This document shows, piece by piece, positions 11,611-23,477 of a stretch of DNA of 35,615 nt. Under the pieces are notes generated by a model, which saw only the letters and a list, made by a program, of their open reading frames with translations, was not told the origin of the DNA and did no database searches. The translations under genes were made by a program, and so were the position numbers. Position 1 is the first letter of the stretch; each line of letters opens with the position of its first letter. This DNA comes from Polymyxa betae A26-41 (lineage: Eukaryota; Protista; Endomyxa: Phytomyxea), in contig RBZT01000247.1 of the NCBI GenBank assembly GCA_003693705.1, positions 1 through 35,615 on the forward strand, in the 5' to 3' direction.

Positions 11611-13346
11611 TTATGGAATATCATTTAATGTCACAGATTTCACCGATTGTGAACGAAATCGGTTTCTCTGTCGAACACTAACAGAATCTGGCAAATTTGA
11701 TGATGTCATAGGTGATGATATCAATGCTGATGTGTTAAGAAACCGACGCTGGTATTCAATAACAAGATTATGCAACGCTGAAGAGATTAGCTGCAGTTCT
11801 TGTTGATTCTGAATCAGCTCAGGGCCAATGCTTTCATCGTTGCTGGAAGCTTTCTTGGCGCCCTCTTTTTTCTTGGGATCACATCGGTTCTGGTCGATGG
11901 CTTTGTCATGATTTATGATATTTGTCAATTCTCTGAGTACTATGCCACTATTCTCATCGTTAAGATGTCCTTGATCAAACTCTTTGCTTGCTTTCTCTTG
12001 ATCGATTGTCAACATCTCATGTAAAGATTCATTTTCTTTTCTGAGTTTGCCACAGACTCGATTTAATTCTGCAAATTTCTGCTCGGTGCTATTGATTCGA
12101 CCAAGAAGAGATACATTCTTGTCTTCCGCAAGCTCCAACTGATCGGACAGCCTCTGTATTTCACGTTTATCAGCTGCAATTTGTTTGGCGTTTGCTAACA
12201 GTTTTCCTTTCAATCCAGCTATCTCGGATTCTAGGAAGTCGGTCGATGCCGATTGCGTTGAAATCCCATCTGCAACCGAAGGCTTGATTTGGCACTGGTT
12301 TAGCTGCTGACGTACTTGTCGAATATCAGACAAAGCAGAGTTCAATTCGTCCAATAACTTGTTATTGCTTATTGCGAGAGCTTCTTTTTCGGCAATCAAT
12401 CCTCGAATTTCCGATTCCTGTTTGATAACCAGATCTCTGTTTACACCGGCGACCTTACAGCGGTCATGGAGAGAATCGATTTCGGAATCCTTCTCCACCA
12501 TCAAATTTTGCAGCTTGCCTAAATCTGAAGTTAGCGAGTGAACCTGCCCACGAAGATGTTCAGTTTCGTCTGCATGCACTTCAAGCCTATTTATTTTGCA
12601 AGTAAATATGATATAATATAGACGACACAAAATCATACTTTCGAATTGTTTGCTCTAATGCAGGTATGCGATCGCTCTGCTCTTTAACGATGTCGAGTTC
12701 ATCTTCAACTGTAGCCAGCTGTTGCTTTAGACGAAAGCAATCCTCATTACGAGCTGATAATTCAGCTTGTAGCCTCGTAGACTGCTCATCAAAGTGACGC
12801 CTCCACTCAATAACTTCAGATTCAGCAATCTTTAATCTACAACGAAGTCTTTCATTGTCAGAGATTATATCCGACATCCCTGTCTCGGAGACATTCTCTT
12901 GAGATTTCTTTTTACAAATACCCATTTCTGCATCTTTAATAATGGACATGAGCTGCTGCTGCTCCTGTATTCCCATCTTCATAATCAGAGCAATTATCTG
13001 CGAAGAGTGGATAAATTACGAATTGGTTTGGCATAGAGCTGAATTGATTCACCTTATGTTTAAGTTTACTCTTACATGCATAAACAAGTAATAACTTAGC
13101 GAGATGTTCTGGTGAATAAGAAAGGAATAATGTGGCATCAGGTCCTGCTACAGACATAATCCGAGTCTGTGCTCTCCAAAGCAGATCTTTCTCTGTGCAC
13201 ACAAATTGCCTTAAATCGGATTCTAGCTGATCGCATGCATCCATGACTAGCTCGGCTGAAACAGCCATGGGTAAATCAAGAAGATCGACATGTTTGGTGG
13301 GATTTTTAACCGTTAGCAAGAAGTGTAATAGTCCAGATGATGCCAT
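11611..13346 (-). CDS. HOOK-family-like coiled-coil adaptor protein (at least 3 exons)
   Basis: EHLAKLLLVYAC...IMKMGIQEQQQLMSII resembles the end of the HOOK N-terminal domain, followed by long heptad-rich coiled coil and a late ELQLISSALHNL motif. Confidence 0.7.
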
Positions 13347-13476
13347 TAGTGAAATGATAATACAGAGATAATTAATACCCCAATAGTCAGTAATATATTC
13401 CGATCTCAATCACCGCTCATCATATCTGTCATGCTTATCCACACTAAACCAACTCAATACATATCAAATATGCTCT

Positions 13477-14092
13477 TTATTCTTTTATGAAATCGCCAGG
13501 CTGGAACTTATCGTCGAAAGAATTCCCCGAACCGATGACAATTTTTAGCAACTTGATTCGTTCATTTCGAAGACGATTGGGAGGGAGCATGCCCCAAACT
13601 GCCTTCTTTAAAATACGATCGGGGTGATTTTCTAGCATTTTCTTAGCCGGAACCTCTCGTAGACCACCAGGATATCCAGTATGATGACGATACAGCTTTG
13701 CATTCCACTTATCTCCAGTCATGGTAACTTTCTCGGCATTGTAGACAACAACATGATCGCCACAGTTCTGAAAGTATACTCAGATAAGCAGTAGATTTAT
13801 TGAAAGCCAAAATACCGAACGAGGATCCCAAGTAGGCTTATTCTTACCCATTAATAATCGCGCTATATGACTCGCTAGACGGCCCAGCACCTAATCATCG
13901 AAAATGTTGAATTTGGAATGTGCTGCTTACCAGCAAGATGTACCTGTCCATTGGCATCAAACATATGCCATGCTCTTGGAACATGATCTTGAGCAAGACG
14001 ACGAGCTCGAGAAACCAGCATGAGATTATGTCCAAATAAATTACTGTAATGCGGATAGGTAATGACGCGGAACAAGATCGAATAACCCTCAT
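13477..14092 (-). CDS. MRPL13: Mitochondrial ribosomal protein uL13, multi-exon
   Basis: RAWHMFDANGQ|VLGRLAS...LMGKNKPTW...CGDHVVVYNAEK...LYRHHTGYPGGL...AVWGMLP; introns and an Arg/Ser-rich leader indicate nuclear encoding with organellar targeting. Confidence 0.93.
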
Positions 14093-14236
14093 GATTATAA
14101 ATCCCACTTCACAATCTTTTTCTTTCTAAAAGTTGCAACCATACAAAGTACAAATATACATGACAACAAGCTCGACGAATCCCTTGCCATTCACCTAAAT
14201 AATTTTGAATTGTATTGGTATGGGCAGTTATATAGA

Positions 14237-15620
14237 TTAAACCATCGTTCGTGCTGGAGGCAGGAATGGAATCCTGCTAAATGTATCAGCTGCATATTCT
14301 GCTTTATCAGAATCAGTCAGATTCATTTCTTCACTGTAAACACTTCTTGCTGATGTATTTGGAGCAGGTGAGCTTTGTAGAGAGTTGTGTCCCGGTTGTG
14401 ATGCTGTCTGCACTGGACCCGAAGCAGAGTCAGGTTGCTTGCTAGTGACATTGAATACAAATCCATTCTGTTGTTGACCAGGTTCAGTTCGTGTCTCCTG
14501 ATTAAACGCCGAGAAGGAGGAATTCACTGGCAGATTTGTTGTCATCGGAGATGGCTGATGGGTCATAGAATTCTGTTCTGCCATCATAGGAGGAGACGGT
14601 TGAGATGCCGATGTGTGAAAAGCACTAGACTGATGGAATAGACCCGTATTTGCCTGGAAACCATTACTCGCGACATTATTTAGACCTGTACCTGTAGACG
14701 TAGTCGCGAATGGGTTTGTAACCTTAGTTGTTGGCACCAGAGGATTAGATGCAAAAGGGCTTTGGGTAGAAGCAGACGTAAACGGATTAGAAACCTGAGC
14801 TGTGGTCGAAGCAAATGGATTCGAAGGAGCGGTGGAAGACATAAATGGGTTTGCTGATGATGTTGAGGACATAGGTTGAGAGGTTTGAGAAGCGAAAGGA
14901 CTTGCTGTTGTGCTAAACGAACTATTAAGTACTGGAGATGTGCTAAATGCGTTATTAGAAGTTGATGCAGAGACAAAGGGATTAGTGGAAGTCGATCCAG
15001 AATCGAAAGTATTACTAGCCGACGACGAAGAGGCAAACGGATTCGAAGACGATATTTGAAATGGATTGGAAGGGAGCCCAGTCCCCGATTGCAGGACATT
15101 GAAACGGTTCGTGTTAGGAGCAGATTGTTGCTGACCAAATACGGATGTAAACTGAGAGTTGCTTGAGCCGAAACCAGACCCAAAACTTCCATATGAGCCT
15201 ATACCGCTAGTCTGACCAAAGCCAGCACCGAACGGATTTGATGCAGACGATGTGTTCGTCTGGCCAAACCCTCCGAATGCATTAGATTGCTGAGACTGGG
15301 TCTGGAACGGGTTAGATTGACCGAAATTAGAAGAGCTGCGACCGAATCCAAAACCTGAGGATGCATTGATGCCTGATTGGCCAAACCCTGACTGATCGAT
15401 TTCTGCATTCACATGCTATAGAAAATGATAAGAAACGGTTAGAGAATGGGGTTGAAACTCGTGCCTGAAATCTGCAAGACGCCCCTGATCTGCAGTTCCC
15501 TTGCTGATAAAACTTGCATCTTTGGTTTGACGAACCATTCATCGACTGGTCATGGTCAAATGGGCAATCCGATCTGCGACATCCGCCAGGTGTATTTATA
15601 AATTTACAGGGCGGTGGCAT
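14237..15620 (-). CDS. NUP42: CCCH zinc-finger FG-repeat nucleoporin (Nup42/NUPL2/Amo1-like), 2 exons
   Basis: Two N-terminal CCCH fingers, FG and NPF repeats, C-terminal LTDSDKAEYAADTFSRIPFLPP resembling the Gle1-binding tail; intron 15416-15464. Confidence 0.85.
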
Positions 15621-15911
15621 ATCTTGGACAATAACGCCTTAGGAGGATGTCATTGAACATCCAAGTGCAGAACTGATCAATGAACGCAACTTTTTTTAGC
15701 AAAGCACCAAAACTTGAAAATGTTTGAATAACTTGTGAGAAATTGCGTATCAAATCGACCTCCACATGCTTGATTTTTTATTTCGAACATTCCTGCTATG
15801 TTACAGTACTGTTACGGTAATCTGAACCCCATGCCATGTTTAATCTTTCAAATTACTTTATTAGAGCAGACATTGCTGATCGCTTTAGTTGACGATTTTA
15901 CCTCATAGTGA

Positions 15912-18900
15912 ATGATGATACTGTTGCGAGCAAGAGGGCTATTACGAGCCCGAAGTGCTTTCAGCTCCCGCTTTATTCAGATGGATATGGGTGCGGAAAT
16001 GAAGCCAGGCGAAGTATCTCACAGATTGTTTTTGTGATGATCTTGAAATTCAAATAATAGGCCCTTGCGAAATACACGACCGATTTGACCGAAATTTCTC
16101 GCTCTGGGCGATCTGATCCTGTTATCGGTCGCTCTAAAGAGATTCAGCGAACCATACAAGCTAGATAAAACAAACTGTTATATTTGTATACTTTGATAAC
16201 AGTGATCTTTAGGTCCTTTCAAGGCGAACCAAAAACAATCCTCTTCTTCTAGGTATGACAACATCGACTGGTTCTTAGTACTAATTGTAATTACAAGGCC
16301 AACCTGGTACTGGAAAGACAGCTCTTGTAGAAGGATTAGCACAGCGAATTGCAAGTGGTGATGTCCCGGATACTGTTAAGGATAAGAAGGTTCTATCGCT
16401 TGATTTGTCTGCTATTGTGGCTGGTGCTTCGTTTAAAGGTTCGTATTCATATTGCAATCAAACTATCAGCCTATGTTAACTTTAGGGGAATTTGAAAAAC
16501 GATTCAAGGCATTGATATCCGATGTTATTGCTCAATCGGGAGAGGTCATCTTATTTGCCGATGAAATCCATCAGTTAGTTGGAATGGGAGCTTCAGGAGC
16601 CGGAGCTCCTATGGATGCTGCTAATATAATTAAACCTGCGCTTGCAAGGTAATTTAGCTTGTTCTGCTGTGGAACGGCTCCGCCCATACCTATGCTAGAG
16701 GTGATCTGCATTTGCTTGGAGCGACGACTTTTGAGGAATATCGAAAATATATTGGTAGTTCCCTTATTTTCTATCAAGCCCCGCTGTAATAGAGTATTTT
16801 AGAATCCGATTCGGCCCTATCACGTCGCTTTCAGCCAGTTTATATTTCCGAACCAACGTAAGTCTCTTCCGAATCAACGCCTGGCTGTTTTTTGTGACTA
16901 CAGGCAGTGTTGAAGATACAATTGCAATCTTGAGAGGAATCAAGGACAAGTATGAGCTTTGGCATGGTGTTCGCATTACAGATAGCGCCGTTGTAGCTGC
17001 TGCGAAGCTCGCCAAACGTTATCTAACTGAACGCAAACTGCCTGGTTTAAAATTATTTGATAGCGTGTCTTATGACTGAATGGCTTTCAATTGTTTAGAT
17101 TCTGCAATAGATTTGATGGATGAGGCGGCTAGCCGTCTGCGTATGGAGAAAGAGAGCAAACCTGAAGATCTCGCGTCTTTGGATCGCGAGATAATGATAC
17201 TTCGGATCGAACATGCTGCTCTGAAAAAAGGTCGAGTCTCATCAGAATTCAAGTTGATTTGGTTGTTGATCACTTTGCGATAGAAACTGACCTGGAGAGC
17301 ATTGAGCGCAGACAAGCTATCGAAGAGATTCTTAGAGGGAAACAAAAGAAATCTGAAGAAATGACCTGTCAATGGCAGATTGGTATCTGATGTAGAATTT
17401 TATAATGAGGATATGTTGTTTATTGAAGTTACAGAGAAAGACCGTCGTCAGCAAGCGATTGCGGTCAGGGAGAAACTTGAAGAATCCCGTCGTGAGTTAG
17501 ATCGGGCTCAAAGCCGAGGCGACTATGCTCGAGCCAGTGAACTAAAGTATTCCATCGTTCCAAAATTGGAGAATCGAGTGCAAAGGTCTGTTTAGAAGGG
17601 TAGGTTTCCAAATGATTTGCTGAGCAACATTGTCAGTTTACTTCCGCTTTTGCTATCCGAATCTGTTACAGATCAGTCCATAGCAACGGTTGTTTCTCAA
17701 CAAACTGGAGTTACTGCTAGCCGTCTTCTTGAAGGCGAGTCTCAACGCCTTCTCCATATGGAGGATGTGTTAAAGCAGCGAGTCGTTGGACAAGACGAAG
17801 TTTGTGTTGCCATCATTAAAACCTATATGTTGTGTGACTAACTATAATAATTAGGCAATTGCAGCTGTATGCAATGCTGTTCGTGTATCTCGGGCTGGTC
17901 TACATGCACCGTCGAAGCCTATAGGTCATCCATACTACAAAAATACCAAATTTTTTTGACAGTCACTTTTTTAGGGTCTTTTCTGTTTCTTGGCACCAGC
18001 GGGTGTGGAAAAACAGAGCTTGCTAAAGCTCTTGCTGAATTTCTTTTTGATCAAGTCATATTTTTTATCTTGATTAATGTAGAAGTAGTTCTTATCTTCG
18101 TTGTTAGGACTCAGCCATTGTAAGACTGGATATGACTGAATATTCAGAACCGCATACTGTATCCCGATTAATTGGTGCTCCGCCTGGATACGTTGGGTAT
18201 TTGTCGTACAATAGTGTTTCATTCATGTAGCTGTAATATCATCGGTACAGATACGATGAGGGAGGTCAATTAACTGAACCCGTTCGGTTGCGTCCGTTTT
18301 CTGTTGTTCTTTTAGATGAGATTGAGAAAGCTCATCGTCAAGTAACAAATGTTTTGTTACAAGTTTTGGATGAAGGTGCCAATTCTATAAATTTCTTCAA
18401 ATATTGGTTCATTTTGATTCACAGGCCGGCTAACTGACGGTAGTGGTCGAACGGTCGATTTTCGCAATGCCTTGTTGATAATGACCTCAAATCTCGGAGC
18501 AAATTCATCTGCCTCTTTAACAATGGATGCTGTTCGGGAACACTTCCCACCGTATGATTGTTTCCAATCTCATTGCTTCAATTGATATAACATGGTACAG
18601 CGAATTTGTGAATAGACTCGATGAGATAATCCACTTCAATTCCTTGACAATGAGTGACATGATTCCCATTTGTAAAATCCAAGTCGGTTATTGTGAGCTT
18701 TGACGATGAATTCTAAAATCATTCTAGTTGGGACGAATAATATCAATGACTTATGCAGAGAAACGGGTCAAGTTTGAAATCAGCGACGATGCAACAAGAT
18801 ATTTGGCGAAAAAAGGCTATCAGCCCGAATATGGAGCTCGTCCACTCAAAAGGTCGCTTAGTTGAGTTTATGTTTGCCCTATCAACGTTGTGAATTAGGG

Positions 18901-19064
18901 TTCTACAACGAGAGATTCTAAACCCATTAGCCAAATTGTTGTTGTCCGGAGCTGCCGGGAAAGGCGATACTGTGAAGATCTGTCTCTCTGGATCGGAATT
19001 GCAATTTGACGTGGATCATGGCGAAACTTCCAAATTTGACAGGGAAATATCAGCTCAAGCATGA
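15912..19064 (+). CDS. clpB: ClpB/Hsp100 disaggregase, mitochondrial Hsp78-like (no N-domain), many short introns
   Basis: Arg-rich presequence, [31 protein letters not shown], coiled-coil M domain, [33 protein letters not shown]. Confidence 0.95.
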
Positions 19065-19145
19065 AGTTACTTGGGAAGACACAAGATGTCATTTAAGTAC
19101 AACTCATATCCATTGACGAATGTAGCATTGAGGAATTTATCAAGG

Positions 19146-19879
19146 TTATCTGGTTGAAACAGTATCAGTTTCTGAACTTGAACCTGACTGCAAACGATTG
19201 AGCTCTTCAGGATCTAGATAAAACGTTAGAATGAACTAAAAGTAACATTTGAGATTTTGTTTTATACTGACCAATCGATTCGATAATTTTCGGTAAAGCC
19301 AGCCCCATCAACAATGTGACTCCCATCAAAATCTATCATTTCACAATTACACGAAAAAACAACGTTTTTCGTAGGACTTACAATCATGGGGTTTTGAAAA
19401 AGCGCAAAAGGATTAAACGTTGCCACAGGCTCAAAGAGTTCATATCTCATTTCTGGTGACAGTCTGAATGGCATAGGAACTGATGCACCACCTTCAAATA
19501 AATATCGAGCACGGATTCTTCCTTTCGGTAGTATTTCAACACGAATCTGTACGAAGACAGTCTAATCGACCTTCTCTCAAAGGAAATAAGCATACTGTTT
19601 TAAATTTGTAATACACAGATTCGACAGTAAGCAGATATTGGCCAGGGGTTAAACCAGTACTAAAAAGGACTTTTAAAGATTCTGCATCATATTCGCAGAC
19701 AAGAAATCTTACAAACAAAAATCTCCATTGTGCTTAGGTATAGCTATGTGTTGGCCCGCATTCAGAAATACACGAACTTGAGACGGTTCAGATATAAGAA
19801 GCTTGCCTTCAACAGCATGATGTTCTGGACTGCCTAAAGCAGATGCTATGACAAGGGCAACCGATAATACAAATATCAT
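19146..19879 (-). CDS. EMC7: ER membrane protein complex subunit 7, multi-exon
   Basis: Signal peptide MIFVLSVALVIASALG, NGDF...GLTPGQYLLTVES, FNPFALFQNPM, TM segment ending LPKII, then DPEEL. Confidence 0.82.
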
Positions 19880-20066
19880 TTCTTTTGATGAAGGTACGTA
19901 AACACAACTGATACCGTTGCGGACATAAAAGAAATTGCGATTCCAAAAAGTGCGAAGGAAAGTGCGAAGAAAAGTGCGAGTCTGCCTTGTTTAAATTTAT
20001 GAGGCGGATTCCAAAATCCGCAATGGGATTCTACGATATTTCGAATCTTCTTTACAGCATACTGTA

Positions 20067-20220
20067 CAGAGTTATCCCTCAATATGAATATAGTGACACC
20101 TTCAAATAGTGACATCCTCGATATAGTGACGTCCACCCCTCCGACAAATATAATTCCCATAGTAATAGTGACACCAAACCCTCGAACAAATAGGTGTCAC
20201 TATATCGAGGGATAACTCTG
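20067..20220. mobile_element. Tc1/mariner-pogo type MITE (154 bp)
   Basis: TA|CAGAGTTATCCCTC...GAGGGATAACTCTG|TA; internal repeats of TAGTGACA. Confidence 0.88.
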
Positions 20221-20509
20221 TATTCGATTTGCTGACAAGTGAGAGAATTGTCACCGGAATGTTTAATTCGGTAAGAGCCTGGTTGAAGTGCGTGTCGTCT
20301 ACTTTTTGCGTTGTCTCCTTTTTCATCGAGGTTGAAATAAACTCCATCAAAATTAGATTTTGTGCGCTCCCGGAGAATCGATTCTCCCAAGGAGGTTTGA
20401 GACCCCCGGAGAATCGATTCTCCCACGAGATTCAGCAAATTTTTCGATTCTCCCGGAAATAAAATAGCGTGATCGATTTTCGGGATTGATCTTGTCATGA
20501 TGTGTCTGT

Positions 20510-21844
20510 GTGTCTGTCTCCAATATATCATCCATTTCTACTATGAACGCACCGGTTATCCAAGCTGCCGCTTCGCAGCCACGTGCGGTGGCTGCTAAAG
20601 CGCCTCGTAAAGTCGGGGTTACGACCACCGAACCTGAAGATGGTAACGACAGACGTCGTCACACCAGTATGACGGAATTTTTAGCAATGGTTACATTTAT
20701 CGAGAAGCCCGAAAATTTCGCTTTATTAGAAGGTAAAGCGGCAAAGAATAAGTCAGTAGTTTCTGGTCAGAAATTGACCAAAATGTCTGGATACAAGTTG
20801 CTGGCCGAGTTCGTTAATGCCGTTATCGAAGAACAACATCGAAAATGGACGCCACAACTTGCGAAAAGTCGTTATACTAGTTATAGGGACAAGAAGTACA
20901 AAGTTGCCAAGAAAATTTCGGCACCAGGTTCAACTGGATACGGTATTACTGAAGAAGATCGTCGTAAGAACATTACTACCATAGCTGAAAAGCTGGAGAG
21001 AATTTGTCCTTTCTACGAACGAATGGACGCTGTTTTAGGCAGCCGACAAAATGTCACACTTGCTTGTGTTGTGGAAGCCGGCGTTCCGCCAAACATTTTC
21101 CCACAGCCTCCCTCTGTTATTAACAGTGATGACGACGACGACGACGACGACGAAAGTGAGAAAGATGACGACAGTAGTGACGATGATAACGATGAAATTG
21201 GTGGACAAGAAGATGCATGTAACCGAGACGACAATGAAGTTGCAGATGATGAGATTGGTAAACCGAATGGTACCGTGGCCGGGGTCGAGATCGATAGCCA
21301 ACCAACCAAAGAAAATGACGGTAATGATTTGGACTTGCTTGATGTCGCAATCAATGACGATTCAGTGTCGTTCTGGAATCGATATGCGGTTTCCGAAGAA
21401 GATCGTTTTTTAACTGACGGGTGGCCTGATGACCAAATTCAGACGGACGGAACTCCCTGCGCTTCACAGGCTGCCAAGGATAAGCCTTCATCGAAACGAT
21501 CGCAAACGAAAAATAAGCGCAAGAGCGCTGCGAAGACAGAGATGAATGCCACACGGCTGAGTTTCCCCTCGGAGCCGACCCCGCAGATTAAGAAGGGTAA
21601 AACAGACTTTATAACGGCATGGATCGAGATGCAGAGTCAACATCTTGCTTTGGAACAGGAAAGATCTCGGCGAGATCTGGAGTTTCAGCAACGACAGGCA
21701 GAGCTCAACGCTGTGACACTGAAAAATGATCACCGGTTGGCCACTCAGATAGCCAAAGGCAACTTTATTGCTGATCTCATGAAATGCGGTCGTAGTGTCA
21801 CCGAAATCAAAGAAATGGTGAGCATGGTTTTTCATGACAGTTAA
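20510..21844 (+). CDS. Harbinger accessory Myb/SANT-like protein with acidic linker (uninterrupted 444-aa ORF)
   Basis: WTPQLAKSRYTSY...GYGITEED...KLERICPFYERMDAVLGSRQNV; (GAC)n poly-Asp tract; C-terminal coiled coil. Confidence 0.78.
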   Translation: MSVSNISSISTMNAPVIQAAASQPRAVAAKAPRKVGVTTTEPEDGNDRRRHTSMTEFLAMVTFIEKPENFALLEGKAAKNKSVVSGQKLTKMSGYKLLAEFVNAVIEEQHRKWTPQLAKSRYTSYRDKKYKVAKKISAPGSTGYGITEEDRRKNITTIAEKLERICPFYERMDAVLGSRQNVTLACVVEAGVPPNIFPQPPSVINSDDDDDDDDESEKDDDSSDDDNDEIGGQEDACNRDDNEVADDEIGKPNGTVAGVEIDSQPTKENDGNDLDLLDVAINDDSVSFWNRYAVSEEDRFLTDGWPDDQIQTDGTPCASQAAKDKPSSKRSQTKNKRKSAAKTEMNATRLSFPSEPTPQIKKGKTDFITAWIEMQSQHLALEQERSRRDLEFQQRQAELNAVTLKNDHRLATQIAKGNFIADLMKCGRSVTEIKEMVSMVFHDS

Positions 21845-21895
21845 CCACGACAGTGGCGTATATAAACATCATCACTGATCAGTGCAGAATTTCTC

Positions 21896-21969
21896 AAAGG
21901 TCTCAGGTATTTCGGTTTTTGTGATGCTTTCCAGAAGCTATCACAAAAACCGAAATACCTGATACCTTT
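21896..21969. repeat. 30-bp stem hairpin between convergent transposon genes
   Basis: AAAGGTCTCAGGTATTTCGGTTTTTGTGAT - 14 nt - ATCACAAAAACCGAAATACCTGATACCTTT (29/30 complementary). Confidence 0.95.
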
Positions 21970-22009
21970 AAATCATCTGTCTCTTATGCCCATATCTATA
22001 TTGGATAAA

Positions 22010-23311
22010 TTAAACAAAATCCCAGTACTGCAGTACTTTCTGTTGAATAGATCGTCTCCAATCCGAGATAGCTCCATTGCTGTGCGTTCCGTAATCTTCG
22101 TTGTCACATGATTCTTCTGAAATTATTCCCTGCACCTCTCGGTTGTCCATGTCATCGGCAGGAATTTGAAGAGCTGTAACCATATGATGCAATGCACAAC
22201 AGGCCAGAATCCAGTCACACGCCTTGTTGACATGAATGGGCTTGTTGATCGAAACTGGAAGCCCTCGAAGGGACTGCCAGCGAGCTTTTAAGATGCCGTT
22301 ACCGTGTTCTGAGACAGCACGCCCGCTAGACAAGCGTCTATTAAACTCCTGATTTTCAGGAATTGAGGCAGCGGGCTGCCGGTACGGCACCACAATGAAT
22401 CGCGTCATGCGAAAGCCGGAATCTCTAAATTGATACTGACCTGGTGAGGAAAACCGCTCTGGGTTCTTATGAACGTTTGTTGATTCCTAGATGGTTGAAT
22501 CATGCACTGATCCAGGCCAACCAGCTATCGCATACCGGATACGACGATTATGATCGAACGTCAACAGTACGTTCATTGAATAGCGGCATTTGCGGTTGTA
22601 ATACACTTCGCCATCTAAGCCAGGTTTTTGGTGGAGAACCACATGTGTTCCATCAATCGATAGAATGCACCCTTCGAACCCGTAATGGCGGTGATTGTAA
22701 GAGCTTAGAGATCTACGTTCCAAATCATCTGGCCATGAATGTAGGAATGCTGGAGAGAGAGCAAGGCAACCAGAATGAGGTCAGTATACTTTACAACACT
22801 GCCGTATCCAACTCCTTTGGAACGAGCCACCATTCCAATTGCGGAGCCGTTTCCGTAATGTCCCAAACGATGAAGCGCACACGCCAGCTGAATCCAAACC
22901 GCTCGCTGGGGATGGGCAGATTCATTTTGGAATACAGGATGTCCTTTGAATATGCACGTTAAATAATCTATCTAGCTAACGTAGTCGCTTTCTTGCGGAA
23001 TTTACCTTCAATTTGCTTTAATCTGTAGCAGAACGTTTCCTGGCTGACCCTAACTTCTTGTTTAAATTCTTCTACTGCTAAGTTTGGCACAGTTGCAATG
23101 CGCCAAGATTCTTGGCTAATAACCGCCGAGGATTGATGTTCCGATGTTGATTGAGGATGATTTTTAACTCGACGAGCTGGTTAATTGAACTCTGGACCTT
23201 ATCGGCCCTGGCACGGCAGCTAAAGCGAAGACTGGAGTGCTCGATAGCAAGGAGGCGAATGATTTGGTCAATATCTCGTAGTAAATGAGCTCTTGCCGAG
23301 TAACGAACCAT
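22010..23311 (-). pseudogene. Harbinger transposase, disrupted
   Basis: IDGTHV, YYNRKCRYSMN, GWPGSVHDST*, DSGF, RAVSEHGNGILKARW, CCALHH; in-frame stops and frameshifts. Confidence 0.9.
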
Positions 23312-23334
23312 TTTAATTTTGATAACCCCGCCAA

Positions 23335-23454
23335 GAGAAACGATTCTCCCGCACCTTTCTGGACCCCCGGAGAATCGATTCTCCCGCACCTTTCTGGACC
23401 ACCGGAGAATCGATTCTCCCGCACCTTTCTGGACCCCCGGAGAATCGATTCTCC
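23335..23454. repeat. 35-bp subterminal tandem repeat, ~3.4 copies
   Basis: Unit GAGAATCGATTCTCCCGCACCTTTCTGGACCCCCG starting at 23335, 23370, 23405, 23440 (last copy partial). Confidence 0.95.
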
Positions 23455-23477
23455 GCTTAATTTTGATACCCCTACTG

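Larger units (their letters stand above)
20345..23472. mobile_element. Second PIF/Harbinger element (left terminus eroded)
   Basis: Convergent Myb-like and DDE genes; palindrome GAGAATCGATTCTC repeated near both ends; right end TTAATTTTGATACCCC, left partial ATCAAAATTA. TSD not confirmed. Confidence 0.78.

Noticed and set aside
13477-19064. Bacterial origin or contamination suggested by uL13 and ClpB
   Set aside because: Both have multiple spliceosomal introns and presequence-like N-termini, as expected for nuclear-encoded mitochondrial proteins.
19947-19982. Three tandem AAAGTGCGA motifs (12-bp period) upstream of EMC7
   Set aside because: The repeat is real but short, with no evidence to decide between promoter element and TE debris.
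20275-20289. GAGCCTGGTTGAAGT after TAA, resembling the TIR of the 24436-24982 MITE, suggesting a composite element 20275-24982
   Set aside because: The flanking triplets differ (TAA versus TGA), while 24436 pairs with 24982 with a matching TSD; more likely an orphan end.
23335-23454. CRISPR-like array of palindromic repeats
   Set aside because: The intervening sequences are near-identical (pure 35-bp tandem repeat), there are no cas genes, the context is eukaryotic, and the same motif occurs at the other end of the transposon.
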